Below the pieces are notes generated by a model. It was not told the origin of the DNA. It was given only the letters and a program-made list of their open reading frames with translations, and did no database searches. Below, piece after piece: positions 47,513-57,570 of a DNA stretch of 64,000 bases; position 1 is the stretch's first letter; each line of letters starts with the position of its first letter. Origin of the DNA: Alphaproteobacteria bacterium (GTDB lineage: Bacteria; Pseudomonadota; Alphaproteobacteria; UBA2966); assembly GCA_965242505.1 (NCBI GenBank), contig OZ251449.1, positions 3,598,630 through 3,662,629 on the forward strand, given 5' to 3'. The position numbers and the translations under genes are program-made.

Positions 47513-48388
47513 CTGGCCCCCGCGGGCCTCGGTCTGAGGCTCCACGACATCAATCACCGCACGGACCTGCATCTGGCCTTCGACAACTGGTGGGAGTACG
47601 CCGTGCGCCACTACATACCCGTGCGGGACGGCAAGGTCGGCGACTGGTACACCAACTACTACGACCCGATCATCGACTACAACCACAAGGTCGGCATGAG
47701 GCCCGACGGCGGCGGGTCGTTCTTCTGGGGCAACTACGACAAGTTCCTCATGGTTCTCGGGCTGGCCCCGCAGCGCCGCGACGTGGCGCGCCAGTTCTAC
47801 GATTCGGCCGTCGAATGTCTGGGCTGGCGGTCGCTGGAGCCCGCCGACGAGCCGCCCGGCAACCCGCGGGCCACGCTCTACGGCCTGGCCTTCGCCCGTG
47901 AGTTCGGCGACCTCGGGCTCGCCGCCAAGCTCAAGGCCTGCGCCGAGGAACGCCACGAACCGACCCTCGACCCCGAGACCCTGGAGTTCACGTGGGGGTT
48001 CGGCCTGAACGAGCCGCATCCGCGCGGCCAGTTCAACGCCTCGGCCGCCATGGCGGAAGCGATCGGCGAAGGCGCCTGGTGGCGGCTGTTCAACGAGCCC
48101 TCCCTGCGCAAGTTCGTCGATCCGACGGTCCGGGGCGTCGACTTCCCGACCGTCTGCCCGAGCCAGGCGATTTACGACGAGACCCGGCGCATGCTGGTCG
48201 TGGCGACCGACGCCGGGGTCCCGGCGGCGCGAGGGCGGCCTACGACGTTCCGCGTGACCAACGTGAATCCGAAGTCCTGCGCGGTCGTCGTCGACGGCGA
48301 GAAGAACGACGACTGGCGCGAGGTCGACGGCGATATCGAGGTTTCGACCACCGTCGGCGAACACACGTTCCTGTTCAGACTGGCCTGA
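47513..48388 (+). CDS. hypothetical protein, C-terminal segment in the same frame (no ATG start; ORF track begins at internal GTG 47603)
   Basis: Open frame immediately after the TGA with no further stops; together with 46841..47512 it would encode about 515 aa. Confidence 0.4.
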   Translation: MAPAGLGLRLHDINHRTDLHLAFDNWWEYAVRHYIPVRDGKVGDWYTNYYDPIIDYNHKVGMRPDGGGSFFWGNYDKFLMVLGLAPQRRDVARQFYDSAVECLGWRSLEPADEPPGNPRATLYGLAFAREFGDLGLAAKLKACAEERHEPTLDPETLEFTWGFGLNEPHPRGQFNASAAMAEAIGEGAWWRLFNEPSLRKFVDPTVRGVDFPTVCPSQAIYDETRRMLVVATDAGVPAARGRPTTFRVTNVNPKSCAVVVDGEKNDDWREVDGDIEVSTTVGEHTFLFRLA

Positions 48389-48420
48389 GCCGCATTTCTC
48401 CCGCTGCTCGCTTTTCATAC

Positions 48421-48630
48421 TCCTCCCCCCTGCCAGGGGGAGGGAGAACGTAATGGGGGAGGGTGTGCGAAGTGTGCGGATCCTCCTTTTCACACTCCTC
48501 CCCCCTGGCGCGACCCCCACCCCGACCCTCCCCCTGCAAGGGAGAGGGAGAAGAGGGGAGCGGAAGGGAGCCATCCATACTCCTCCCCCCTGGCAGGGGG
48601 GAGGTCGGGAGGGGGGTGGATGGAGACCCG
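48421..48630. repeat. REP-like palindromic element cluster
   Basis: Same family modules including the GTGTGCGAAGTGTGCGGATCCTCCTTTTCACACTCCTCCCCCCTGGC submodule. Confidence 0.8.
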
Positions 48631-48645
48631 GCCCGGACGTCGGTT

Positions 48646-49662
48646 TCAGTGGGGTCTGGAGACCCGCATCAGGGTGTAGCGGTCCGCCGTCTCGATCACG
48701 ACGTCGACGACCTTGCCGTCCCGGAGGACGGTCATGCCGACCTTCGTTCCCGCTTCGCCCGCGCCCCAGACCCTGCGGTACATGTCGGCGAGCCCCGGCA
48801 CGGGCCGGTCGTCGACCTTCAGGATGACGTCGAGCGGCTCCAGGCCGGCCCTTTCCGCCGGCCCGTTCGAGTAGAGGCCCGCGACGACCAGGCGCCCCGC
48901 GCTCTCGGTCGTGAACATGCCGAGCCAGGGACGCGCCTCCCGGTTGGCCCGTCCCAGGGTCACGAGGTCCTGGTAGACGGGTCGAAGCAGGTCGACCGGC
49001 ACGAACATGTTGCCGGGCTCGTGTTCGTCGGGCGCCCTGCTCTCCTGGACGAACAGGGAGCCGATGCCGATCAGTTTCCCGTTCCGGTCCACGAGGGCGG
49101 TGCCGCCCCAGTTGGGGTGCGGCGGCGTCGTGAATATCGCCTCGTCGAGCAGGTATTCCCAGTAACCCGCGAATTCCCGCTTGGCCACGATCCGCGCGGC
49201 GATGGAGCCGCCGCCGTCCGCGTGGCCGGCGACGACGACCGGATCGCCCGGCGCGGCGGCCGCGGCCTCGCCGATCCCGATCGGCGCCGCGTCGAGGGGC
49301 GCCAGACTCCGTATCAGGCCGAAACCGGTCTCGTAGTCGTAGGCCACCGTCTCGCCGGCCACCTCGTCGCCGCGGGCGGTCCGAAGGGTGACCGTCGCGG
49401 CCTCGCTGACCAGATACCCGATGGTGAGAACGAGGCCGTGCTCGTCGATGACCACCCCGTTCCCGGCCCGCTCCGTTCCCAGCGTCTGGGCCGTCAGGGC
49501 GTCCGGCGGGACCTCGGCGCTCAGGGACACCACCGCCGCGCTCACGGCGTCGAGATCGAAGCCCAGCTCGTCCGGATCAGGTCTCTCGAGCGCGCCCACG
49601 CCGAGTTGGATGTGGGCGATGTTGTCGAGCTTGTGGCCGTTGGTCCGCGTGATCTTCGCCAT
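48646..49662 (-). CDS. S1C-family trypsin-like serine protease with C-terminal PDZ domain (DegP/HtrA-like)
   Basis: Start MAKITRTNGH (ATG 49662) within spurious 729-aa ORF; GNSGG-like active-site region and a PDZ domain. Confidence 0.6.
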   Translation of the reverse strand: MAKITRTNGHKLDNIAHIQLGVGALERPDPDELGFDLDAVSAAVVSLSAEVPPDALTAQTLGTERAGNGVVIDEHGLVLTIGYLVSEAATVTLRTARGDEVAGETVAYDYETGFGLIRSLAPLDAAPIGIGEAAAAAPGDPVVVAGHADGGGSIAARIVAKREFAGYWEYLLDEAIFTTPPHPNWGGTALVDRNGKLIGIGSLFVQESRAPDEHEPGNMFVPVDLLRPVYQDLVTLGRANREARPWLGMFTTESAGRLVVAGLYSNGPAERAGLEPLDVILKVDDRPVPGLADMYRRVWGAGEAGTKVGMTVLRDGKVVDVVIETADRYTLMRVSRPH

Positions 49663-49866
49663 GGTTCGTGGGAACTCCGCTGCGCGCGCGCGAGCCATGT
49701 TACCCCGGCGGCGGCGGGGGAGGGTATTGAAAACCGTCCGACGCGCCATAAATCCCGTGATGTTACGGGTTGGCGCGCTCGGGTTTCGGACGGTAAAAGG
49801 GGCGCCGCATCGCCGGGCGGCGTGGAATCCCGGCCGTCCCGGCGCGCGGGGAGGACGAGAAGCGGC

Positions 49867-50841
49867 ATGACGACGATGGTCGCGATCAACGGCTTGACCA
49901 AGAGGTTCGGGCATCTCCTGGCGGTCGACAACATCGATCTCGAAGTGGCGCGGGGCGAAGTCCTCGGGTTCCTCGGGCCCAACGGTTCGGGCAAGTCGAC
50001 GACCATGAAGATGGTGACGGGATACCTGACGCCCACCTCGGGCGCGGCCGAGATCCTCGGAATCGACGTGCGGGAAGATCCGATCCGGGCCCAGCGCCGC
50101 ATCGGGTATCTTCCCGAAGGCGCCCCCGCGTACGGGGACATGACTCCGGCGGCCTATCTCGGGTTCATCGCCGACGTCCGCCGTCTGTCGGGCGGGGCCC
50201 GCCGGTCGGCGATCGCGCGCGCGGTGGAACTCACGCATCTGGACCGCGTCCTCCACCAGCCGGTGGACACGCTGTCGAAGGGCTACAAGAGGCGCGTCGG
50301 TCTGGCCCAGGCGTTGCTGCACGATCCCGACGTCCTGATTCTGGACGAACCGACGGACGGCCTCGACCCCAACCAGAAGTTCGAGGTGCGGACGCTCATC
50401 CGCGAGATGTCCGGGGAGAAGGCCATCGTCATCTCCACCCATATCCTGGAGGAGGTGGAGGCGGTGTGCAGCCGCGCCGTGATCATCTCGGAAGGCCGCG
50501 TGGTCGCCGACGGAACGCCCGACGATCTCGAGCGGCGGTCCCGCCGCTACAACGCGGTTTCGCTGTCGCTGCCGCCGGCCGGCGTCGACGCGGCGCGCGA
50601 GGGGCTGCGCGCGCTGGCGGCGGTGGCCTCGGTGGAGCGGCGGGATGCGGCGGGCGGGCGGGCCGAGCTCGTCGCGCTGCCCGCGGACGGCGGCGACATC
50701 CTGGGCGAGGTCTCCCGGCTGGTCCGCGAAAGCGGCTGGGAGGTGGACCAGATCCGCGTCGAGCGCGGCCATCTCGACGAGGTCTTCAGAGCCATCACGA
50801 CCGGCGGGGGCCTTCCGGCGGACGGAGGCGGACATGCATGA
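49867..50841 (+). CDS. ABC transporter ATP-binding protein (GldA-like)
   Basis: Walker A GPNGSGKST, LSKGYKRR signature, Walker B ILDEP. Confidence 0.85.
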   Translation: MTTMVAINGLTKRFGHLLAVDNIDLEVARGEVLGFLGPNGSGKSTTMKMVTGYLTPTSGAAEILGIDVREDPIRAQRRIGYLPEGAPAYGDMTPAAYLGFIADVRRLSGGARRSAIARAVELTHLDRVLHQPVDTLSKGYKRRVGLAQALLHDPDVLILDEPTDGLDPNQKFEVRTLIREMSGEKAIVISTHILEEVEAVCSRAVIISEGRVVADGTPDDLERRSRRYNAVSLSLPPAGVDAAREGLRALAAVASVERRDAAGGRAELVALPADGGDILGEVSRLVRESGWEVDQIRVERGHLDEVFRAITTGGGLPADGGGHA

Positions 50842-51568
50842 CGTCCGGGTGATCTGCCGGCGCGAGTTCGGCGGCTATTTCGCGACTCCGCTCGCCTACG
50901 TCTTCATCGTCATCTTTCTGGCCCTGATCGGCGCCTTCACGTTCTTCTTCGGGAACTTCTTCGTCCAGGGGCAGGCCAGTCTCGATTCCTTCTTCCTCTT
51001 CCATCCCTGGCTCTACCTGTTCCTCGTTCCGGCGATCGCGATGCGCCTGTGGGCCGAGGAGCGCAAGTCCGGCTCCATCGAGCTGCTGCTCACGCTGCCC
51101 GTCACGACGCTCAGCGCGGTGGTCGGGAAGTTCCTGGCCGCATGGTCGGTCGCGGGGGCGAGCCTGGTCCTGACGGCGCCGATATGGATCACCGTCAACT
51201 ACCTCGGTTCGCCGGACAACGGCGCGATCCTGGCGGGTTATCTCGGCAGCTTCCTCATGGCCGGCGGATACCTGGCCATCGGCGCGTTCGTCTCCGCCCT
51301 GACCCGGAACCAGGTCATCGCCTTCATCGTCGCCGCCGCGATCTGCTTCGTGTTCACGGCGAGCGGCCTCGGCGTCGTCCTCGAATTCTTCAGCGGCTGG
51401 GCGCCGCGGGCGCTGCTGGACGTCGTCGCCGGATTCAGTTTCCTCGAGCACTTCAAGGACATCGCGCGCGGCGTGATCGACGTTCGCGACGTCGTGTTCT
51501 TCTCGTCGATGATCGTCTTCTTCCTGTTCGCCAACGTCGTCGCCGTCGAATACAGGAAGAACGGATGA
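50834..51568 (+). CDS. ABC-2 family transporter permease (GldF-like)
   Basis: 244 aa, 6 TM segments; ATG overlaps the upstream stop (ATGCATGA). Confidence 0.75.
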   Translation: MHDVRVICRREFGGYFATPLAYVFIVIFLALIGAFTFFFGNFFVQGQASLDSFFLFHPWLYLFLVPAIAMRLWAEERKSGSIELLLTLPVTTLSAVVGKFLAAWSVAGASLVLTAPIWITVNYLGSPDNGAILAGYLGSFLMAGGYLAIGAFVSALTRNQVIAFIVAAAICFVFTASGLGVVLEFFSGWAPRALLDVVAGFSFLEHFKDIARGVIDVRDVVFFSSMIVFFLFANVVAVEYRKNG

Positions 51569-53523
51569 GCGCGATGCCGGGAATACGGCGCCTGTCGCGG
51601 GCCGGCGCGGTTTCGCCGGCGGGCCTCGCCGTCGCGGCGGTCCTGTTCGTCGCCGTCAACGTCCTGTTCGACGGTTCGATTCCCGGCGCCCGGATCGATC
51701 TGACGGAGGATCGGCTGTTCACGTTGTCGGGGGGCACGCGCGAAACGCTCGCCGCGATCGACGAACCCGTCGAACTGCATTTCTTCTATTCGGAACGCCT
51801 GGGGCGCGAGCTGCCGTTCTACGGAGGCTACAGCCGCCGCGTGCGGGACCTGCTGGACGAGATCGTCGCGGCCGCGGGCGGCAAGGTCGTTCTCCACGAA
51901 CGGGATCCCGCGCCGTTCTCCGACGAGGAGGACCGGGCCGTCTCCATGGGGATACAGGGCATCCCCGTGGACCAGGGCGGAGAGCTCGTCTACTTCGGAC
52001 TGGCGGGCGTCAACTCGGTGGACGACGTCGAGCTCGTGCCGTTCTTCCAGCCCGAGCGGGAGAACCTCCTGGAGTACGACCTCGCCCAGTTGATCCACGC
52101 GCTGTCCAACCCGGAGCCGACCGTCGTCGGCGTCATGAGCTCGCTGCCGATCATGGGGGACATGCGCGCGCACATGCAGGGGAGCGTTTCCGTTCCATGG
52201 GGGATCGCCGGCCGCCTGAGGACGTTCTTCGATGTCGTCAACCTGCCCCAGTCGATCGACGACCTGCCCGAGCGCATCGACGTGATGGTCGTCATCCACC
52301 CCGACGCCCTCAGCGACCGCGTCCAGTACGAGCTGGAGCAGTTCCTGTTCCGGGGCGGGCGCGCGATGCTGTTCCTCGACCCCCGGTCCGAATCGAACAA
52401 CAGGATCGGTCCGAACGACATCTCGAGCTCCGCGAACAGCCTCTCCCGTCTCATGGAGAAGTGGGGAGTCGACATCCCGGACGGTCGGCTCACGGGCGAC
52501 CGCAGCATGGCTTGGCGCGTCAACGCGGGCACCCAGCAACGCGTCGTCCCCGCGGATTACGTGGTGTGGCTCGCCGTTCCGGGCGAACGGATGAACCAGG
52601 ACGATCCGGTGACCAGCCGGCTGCCGCTCGTCAACATCGCCAGCGCGGGGTACATCGACCGCAGGGAGGACTCGCCGCTCACGCTCGAGCCCCTGATCAC
52701 CACGACCGATAATTCCGCGCCCGTCGACGTGGACCTCGTCCGGGGCCTGAGCCCCGACATCCTGGGATTGCTCGACGCATTCGAGCCGGACGAGAACGAG
52801 TACGTGATCGCCGCCCGCCTGTCCGGAGAGGTGGAGACGGCGTTTCCGGACGGTCCTCCCGAGCGCGTGATCGAGAAGACGGAGGAAGAGCTCGCCGAAG
52901 ATCCGGACAGGCCGCAACTGATGGAGTCGGAAGGGCCGATCAATCTCATCGTGGTCGCGGATTCCGATCTCGTCGAGGACCGGTTCTGGGTCCGCAAACA
53001 GCAGTTCTTCGGCCGCGAGGTGGCGCAGCCCATCGCCAGCAACGCGAATTTCGTGATCAACGCGGTGAGCAACCTCGGCGGCGGCGACGAGCTGATCGGG
53101 CTGCGTTCGCGCGGCGTCTCGCAGCGTCCCTTCGACCGGGTCGACGAGCTGCGGCGACAGGCCGAACTGAAGTTCCGGGACAAGGAGCGCGAGCTCCAGA
53201 ACACGCTGGAGGAGCTCGAAGACAAGATCGCGCTGCTGGAAGGCGTGGAGACGAAGACCGACGCCTCGACGGGCGAGATCCGGGTGGAACTGTCCCTGAC
53301 GCCGGAACAGAGGGACGAGCTGGACTCGTCGCGCCTGGAGATGGTGTCCATCCGCAAGCAGCTGCGGGACGTCCAGCGCGGGCTCCGCGAGGACGTGGAG
53401 AACCTCGAGACCTGGCTTCAGTTCGTGAACATCGGTCTCGTCCCGTTGATGGTGGCGGCCATCGCCATCGTCCTCGGCGCGGTCCGGGTCGCGCGCCGGC
53501 GGCGCGGCTACAAGGGCGGATAG
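51565..53523 (+). CDS. GldG-family ABC-transporter auxiliary protein
   Basis: 652 aa with N- and C-terminal TM anchors and a Gldg-like periplasmic domain; translationally coupled. Confidence 0.7.
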   Translation: MSAMPGIRRLSRAGAVSPAGLAVAAVLFVAVNVLFDGSIPGARIDLTEDRLFTLSGGTRETLAAIDEPVELHFFYSERLGRELPFYGGYSRRVRDLLDEIVAAAGGKVVLHERDPAPFSDEEDRAVSMGIQGIPVDQGGELVYFGLAGVNSVDDVELVPFFQPERENLLEYDLAQLIHALSNPEPTVVGVMSSLPIMGDMRAHMQGSVSVPWGIAGRLRTFFDVVNLPQSIDDLPERIDVMVVIHPDALSDRVQYELEQFLFRGGRAMLFLDPRSESNNRIGPNDISSSANSLSRLMEKWGVDIPDGRLTGDRSMAWRVNAGTQQRVVPADYVVWLAVPGERMNQDDPVTSRLPLVNIASAGYIDRREDSPLTLEPLITTTDNSAPVDVDLVRGLSPDILGLLDAFEPDENEYVIAARLSGEVETAFPDGPPERVIEKTEEELAEDPDRPQLMESEGPINLIVVADSDLVEDRFWVRKQQFFGREVAQPIASNANFVINAVSNLGGGDELIGLRSRGVSQRPFDRVDELRRQAELKFRDKERELQNTLEELEDKIALLEGVETKTDASTGEIRVELSLTPEQRDELDSSRLEMVSIRKQLRDVQRGLREDVENLETWLQFVNIGLVPLMVAAIAIVLGAVRVARRRRGYKGG

Positions 53524-53547
53524 AGGGGCGGGCGAGGGGGTCTGAAG

Positions 53548-54621
53548 ATGCGGCGCGATCTCGAACTTCCCGTTCTCGCCGGCGTCACGGCCGTCATGGT
53601 GATCGCGGCGGCCTGGGCCGTCGGCGAACGTTACGGCGGGGTCGCCCTCGAGCAGAAGGAAGGCGGCCGCGTCTTTCCGGATCTGCGCGGCCAGGCGGCG
53701 AGCGTCTCGTCCGTCGAACTGGCCCGCGCCGAGGGCGGTTTCTCGCTGGACCGCCGGCCGGAAGGATGGGCGAACATGGGCGCGGGCGGATATCCGGCGC
53801 GCCAGGCGCGAATCGAGAAGATGATCGGCGGCCTCGTGACGCTGTCCTATTTCGAGCCCAAGACGGCGCGCGCCAACCTCTATCCGAAGCTGGAGGTCGA
53901 GGACGTCGCCGGGGGCGCGAGCTCCACGAGGGTCACCGTCAAGGACGAGAGCGGCGCGGTTCTGGCCGACGTCATCGTGGGGAAGGCGAAGACCGGCGTC
54001 GCCGGCCTGGACCGCGACGGCGTCTACGTCCGCCTCCCCGGCGAGGAGAGGGCGTGGCTGGCCGAGGGCGCTCTCGACGTCCGCTACGACGCGGCGGACT
54101 GGTCCGACCGAAGCGTCGTCGACGTCCGCGCCGGCGCCGTCGGTTTCATGAGCGTGGAGCACGCGGACGGGGAGGTCGTCGAAATCCACCGCGAAAGGGC
54201 CGACGACGCGGATCTCACGATAAGGAACCTGCCTCCGGATGCCGAGATCGAGCACCAGTATCAGATCGACTACATGTCCAATCTCCTGGACAATGTCTCG
54301 TTCGTCGACGCCAGGCGCGCGGACCGGGTCGATTTCCGGGAGGGTTCCGGATTCCGCGCCACGGTCGTCTCGACCGATGGCCTCGTCGTCATGATGCGAA
54401 CCGCAGAGCCGGGGGAGGACGATACGGTCTGGGCCCAGTTCGACGCCGACGTCGCGAAGGAGTTCGAGCCGACCGACGAGGCCAGGGAAGAGGCGGAGCG
54501 GATCGGCTCCGAACTCTCCGGGTGGGCGTTTCTGCTGCCGCGGGCGAAGACCGAGCGACTGAGGGTGAGACTCGACGAAATCGTCGGGCGCAAGCAGGAT
54601 GCCGGCGGCGAGGAAGGCTGA
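53548..54621 (+). CDS. DUF4340-like protein associated with GldG ABC systems
   Basis: 357-aa ORF with an N-terminal TM; conserved position after gldG. Confidence 0.5.
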   Translation: MRRDLELPVLAGVTAVMVIAAAWAVGERYGGVALEQKEGGRVFPDLRGQAASVSSVELARAEGGFSLDRRPEGWANMGAGGYPARQARIEKMIGGLVTLSYFEPKTARANLYPKLEVEDVAGGASSTRVTVKDESGAVLADVIVGKAKTGVAGLDRDGVYVRLPGEERAWLAEGALDVRYDAADWSDRSVVDVRAGAVGFMSVEHADGEVVEIHRERADDADLTIRNLPPDAEIEHQYQIDYMSNLLDNVSFVDARRADRVDFREGSGFRATVVSTDGLVVMMRTAEPGEDDTVWAQFDADVAKEFEPTDEAREEAERIGSELSGWAFLLPRAKTERLRVRLDEIVGRKQDAGGEEG

Positions 54622-54650
54622 AGCGCCTCTCGCCGTCGCCCGAGGTCTCG

Positions 54651-55073
54651 ATGGCTCCGAAAACCGCATCCATGCCGGCCGCCCCGGAGGCGCCCGGCGT
54701 TCACGACTTCTACGTCGAGAAGGACGGGCTGCGGTACGCGGGAACGCACCTTCTGATCGATCTGATCGGCGCTCGCCGCCTCGCCGACCCGGCGGTCGTG
54801 GAAACGGCGTTGCGGCGGGCGGTCGACGAGACGGGCGCCGCCTTGCTCGACGTCGAGCTGCATTGCTTTTCCCCGCAGGGCGGCGTGACGGCCGTGGCGC
54901 TCCTCGCCGAGTCGCACATGAGCATCCATACGTGGCCCGAGACCGGGTTCGCCGCCGTGGACGTCTTCCTCTGCGGTCGCCGCGACCCCTATCGGGCCAT
55001 TCCCGCGCTCAGGGAGGCGTTCACGCCCGATCGCCTGCACGTCGTCGAGCACAAGAGGGGCCTGGTGGTTTGA
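54651..55073 (+). CDS. speD: S-adenosylmethionine decarboxylase proenzyme (small SpeH-type)
   Basis: 140 aa; LLAESHMSIHTWPE self-processing motif. Confidence 0.8.
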   Translation: MAPKTASMPAAPEAPGVHDFYVEKDGLRYAGTHLLIDLIGARRLADPAVVETALRRAVDETGAALLDVELHCFSPQGGVTAVALLAESHMSIHTWPETGFAAVDVFLCGRRDPYRAIPALREAFTPDRLHVVEHKRGLVV

Positions 55074-55915
55074 CGGACTGGTTCCGCGAGACCCTTCACC
55101 CGTCCGTGGGGCAGTCCCTCCGTATCGACAGGATCGTATACGAGGGCCGGTCCCGCCATCAGGACGTCCTGATCTTCGAAAACGAACGCCTCGGGCGCGT
55201 TCTCGCGCTCGACGGCATCGTCCAGACGACCGAGGCCGACGAGTTCTACTACCACGAGATGATCAGCCACGTGCCGATCGTCGGGCACGGCGCCGTGAAG
55301 TCGGTTCTGATCGTCGGCGGTGGAGACGGCGGCGCGCTCGAGGAGGTTCTCAAGCATCCCGTCGAGCGCGCGGTGCTCGTCGACATCGACGGGGAAGTCG
55401 TGAGCCTGTGCCGCGAGCACCTGCCCTCGATCTGCGGCGGCGCGTTCGAGGACCCTCGGGCGGAACTGGTCATCGGCGACGGCGTCGACTTCGTCCGGGA
55501 GACGGGATGCCGGTTCGACGTCGTCATCGTCGACTCGACGGACCCGGTCGGCCCGGGCCGGGCGCTGTTCGACGAGTCCTTTCATGCGTCGTGCCGCGGC
55601 GTCCTCGACGCCGGCGGCGTGATCGTGACGCAGAACGGCGTTCCGTTTTTCCAGGGCCCGGAGCTGACCCGCGCCCATCGCCGGTTCAGCCGCCTGTTCG
55701 AGCGTTCGGGGGTCTTCCTGGCGCCCGTGCCCACCTACGTCGGCGGGCACATGGCGTTCGGTTGGGCGAGCGACCGCGCCGACCTGGCGGCGACGGACGT
55801 CGAGACCCTGCGGTCGCGCCTCGATTCGCACCGGTTCGACGCCCGGTACTACAACGCGGAGGCGCACGTGTCCGCCTTCGCGCTTCCGACGTGTACGCGG
55901 ACGCTGATGTCCTGA
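55070..55915 (+). CDS. speE: polyamine aminopropyltransferase (spermidine synthase)
   Basis: TTG start overlapping the speD stop; GGGDGG motif and VDSTDPVGP active-site block. Confidence 0.8.
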   Translation: MTDWFRETLHPSVGQSLRIDRIVYEGRSRHQDVLIFENERLGRVLALDGIVQTTEADEFYYHEMISHVPIVGHGAVKSVLIVGGGDGGALEEVLKHPVERAVLVDIDGEVVSLCREHLPSICGGAFEDPRAELVIGDGVDFVRETGCRFDVVIVDSTDPVGPGRALFDESFHASCRGVLDAGGVIVTQNGVPFFQGPELTRAHRRFSRLFERSGVFLAPVPTYVGGHMAFGWASDRADLAATDVETLRSRLDSHRFDARYYNAEAHVSAFALPTCTRTLMS

Positions 55916-55953
55916 GCCGTGCGGGGCCTGAGCAACCGGATAGATGGGTAACA

Positions 55954-57171
55954 CTATAGACCGGATACATGGGTAACAGTGTTCCCGGTCTGTCCCGCTT
56001 CCGTGCGGCCCGGCCGGGCCGCACGGAAGCGGTCAAGCTTCTTCGACCTCCGATCGATGATCCCGAGGTCGACATCCGCGAAGCGGACGATCCAGTCGCC
56101 CCCGTCAGTCTCGGCCACGCCCACAGGCTCACCCCTCAGCGTCTCGCTGACGAAGACCAGATCGCCGCCCCACTTGATGGAGCCATCGGTGCGGACCCGG
56201 CGCATCGCGTGCTCGGCATCGTACTAGGGCTCCTCCAGGCGCTCGGGATGACGCCGCTCCGACGACCGGTAGAACGCCGCAGGCGGCTTCTGCCCCAAGG
56301 CCTCATGCGGACGATGGACGTTGAAGTCCTGGCGGAAGCGGTCGAAGCGGGCCTGTTGCGCGTCCGCCGTCGCCGCCGGCGGCGTCGCGGTCTCGGCCTT
56401 CAACGTCCGATGCATCCGCTCATGCCTCCCGTTCTGCTGCGGCTGACCCCGCGCAATCCGCTCCACCGCGATCCCGGCCTTGATCCATTCCACCGACAGA
56501 CGCGACAGACCCCCAGCCCCCGGACCGGCGAACGGCGCCCCGTTGTCCGAACGGATGGCCTCGGGAACCCCGTAGCGCCGGAACACCCGCCCCACCGCCG
56601 CCCCCACCGCTGCGGTCTGCGGCGGGACGATGACGCACGCCAACAGAAAGCGGCTGTAGGCGTCGGTGATCGTCAGCGGATCGCAGCGGACGCCGTCGCG
56701 GGTGCGAAACCACCCCTTGAAGTCGATACACCACACGTCGTTGGGAGCCGCCACAGGGCGGAACGGACGACACGGAGCCGCCATCCGACGGCGCCGGCGA
56801 CGGCGCGCCACCAGACCCTCCGCCCGCAGCAGGTCGCCCATCGTGCTGGCCGCCGGCCACGCCACCTCGGGGTGCTCACCCACCAACACCGCCCGCAGCT
56901 TGCGCGGACCCCAGTGCGGACGCGTGCGGCGCAAGGCGATGATCGCCTCGGCCACCGACGGCGCCATCGACCGACCATGGCGACGCGGCGCCCGCGACCG
57001 CTCGACCAGACCCTCCGGGCCGTCGCCGCGATACCGATCAAGCCACTTGTACCCGGTCTTGCGGCTGATGCCGTAGTGCTCGCACAGCGCCGTCATCGAC
57101 CACTCGCCACGCAGATAATCGGCAACGAAAACCAGCTTCTCGTCCATCGGACAGGTCTCCTTCCAAGGCAT
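55954..57171 (-). pseudogene. IS481-family transposase split by a frameshift (ORFs 56224..57171 and 55954..56205)
   Basis: N-terminal HTH plus rve integrase core in one frame; the conserved C-terminal DGSIKWGG...VGV...DG.W.V.F block sits in another frame. Confidence 0.6.
55996..56035. repeat. perfect 19-bp-arm palindrome inside IS481 element (terminator-like hairpin)
   Basis: CCGCTTCCGTGCGGCCCGG / CCGGGCCGCACGGAAGCGG. Confidence 0.7.
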
Positions 57172-57269
57172 CGGCCGCACCTCCCGCACCTCCCGACCAA
57201 CCCTCTAACCTGTTACCCATGTATCCGGTCTAAACTGTTACCTTTCTATCCGGTCTGTACCGCCGCGAC

Positions 57270-57400
57270 CCCCCTCCCGACCTCCCCCCTGTCAGGGGGG
57301 AGGAGTATGAATGGCCTCTCCGCTCCCCTTCTTCTCCCTCCCCCTTGCAGGGGGAGGGTCGGGGTGGGGGTCGCGCCAGGAGGGAGGAGCGCGAACGGCC
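57270..57400. repeat. REP-like palindromic element cluster
   Basis: Same family modules. Confidence 0.8.
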
Positions 57401-57442
57401 CCTGCGGCGGCGGCGTCGACGCGTCCGCCCCCTCGCCCGGGA

Positions 57443-57462
57443 GGCGTGAAATTAGGGTTTAC
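57443..57462 (+). promoter_or_regulatory. conserved 20-bp box GGCGTGAAATTAGGGTTTAC upstream of NHLP precursor A
   Basis: Identical box at 58221..58240 and 59144..59163, each about 110-230 nt upstream of a precursor gene. Confidence 0.5.
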
Positions 57463-57477
57463 CCCCCCCCCCCCCCC
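57462..57477. repeat. poly(C)16 homopolymer tract
   Basis: 16 consecutive C immediately after the conserved box; the other two copies have short C-rich but interrupted sequence here. Confidence 0.85.
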
Positions 57478-57570
57478 GCGCTACGTACGATGCCGAAGAC
57501 TCGATGACGGGTTCCGGTGTCTCGAACCACGGGATGGAGCATCCGTCCGAACCTTGCAGAGGAGACGATC

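Larger units (their letters stand above)
55946..57256 (-). mobile_element. IS481-family insertion sequence (about 1.3 kb) with imperfect about 33-bp terminal inverted repeats
   Basis: Left GGTAACACTATAGACCGGATACATGGGTAACAG versus reverse-complemented right GGTAACAGTTTAGACCGGATACATGGGTAACAG. Confidence 0.7.
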
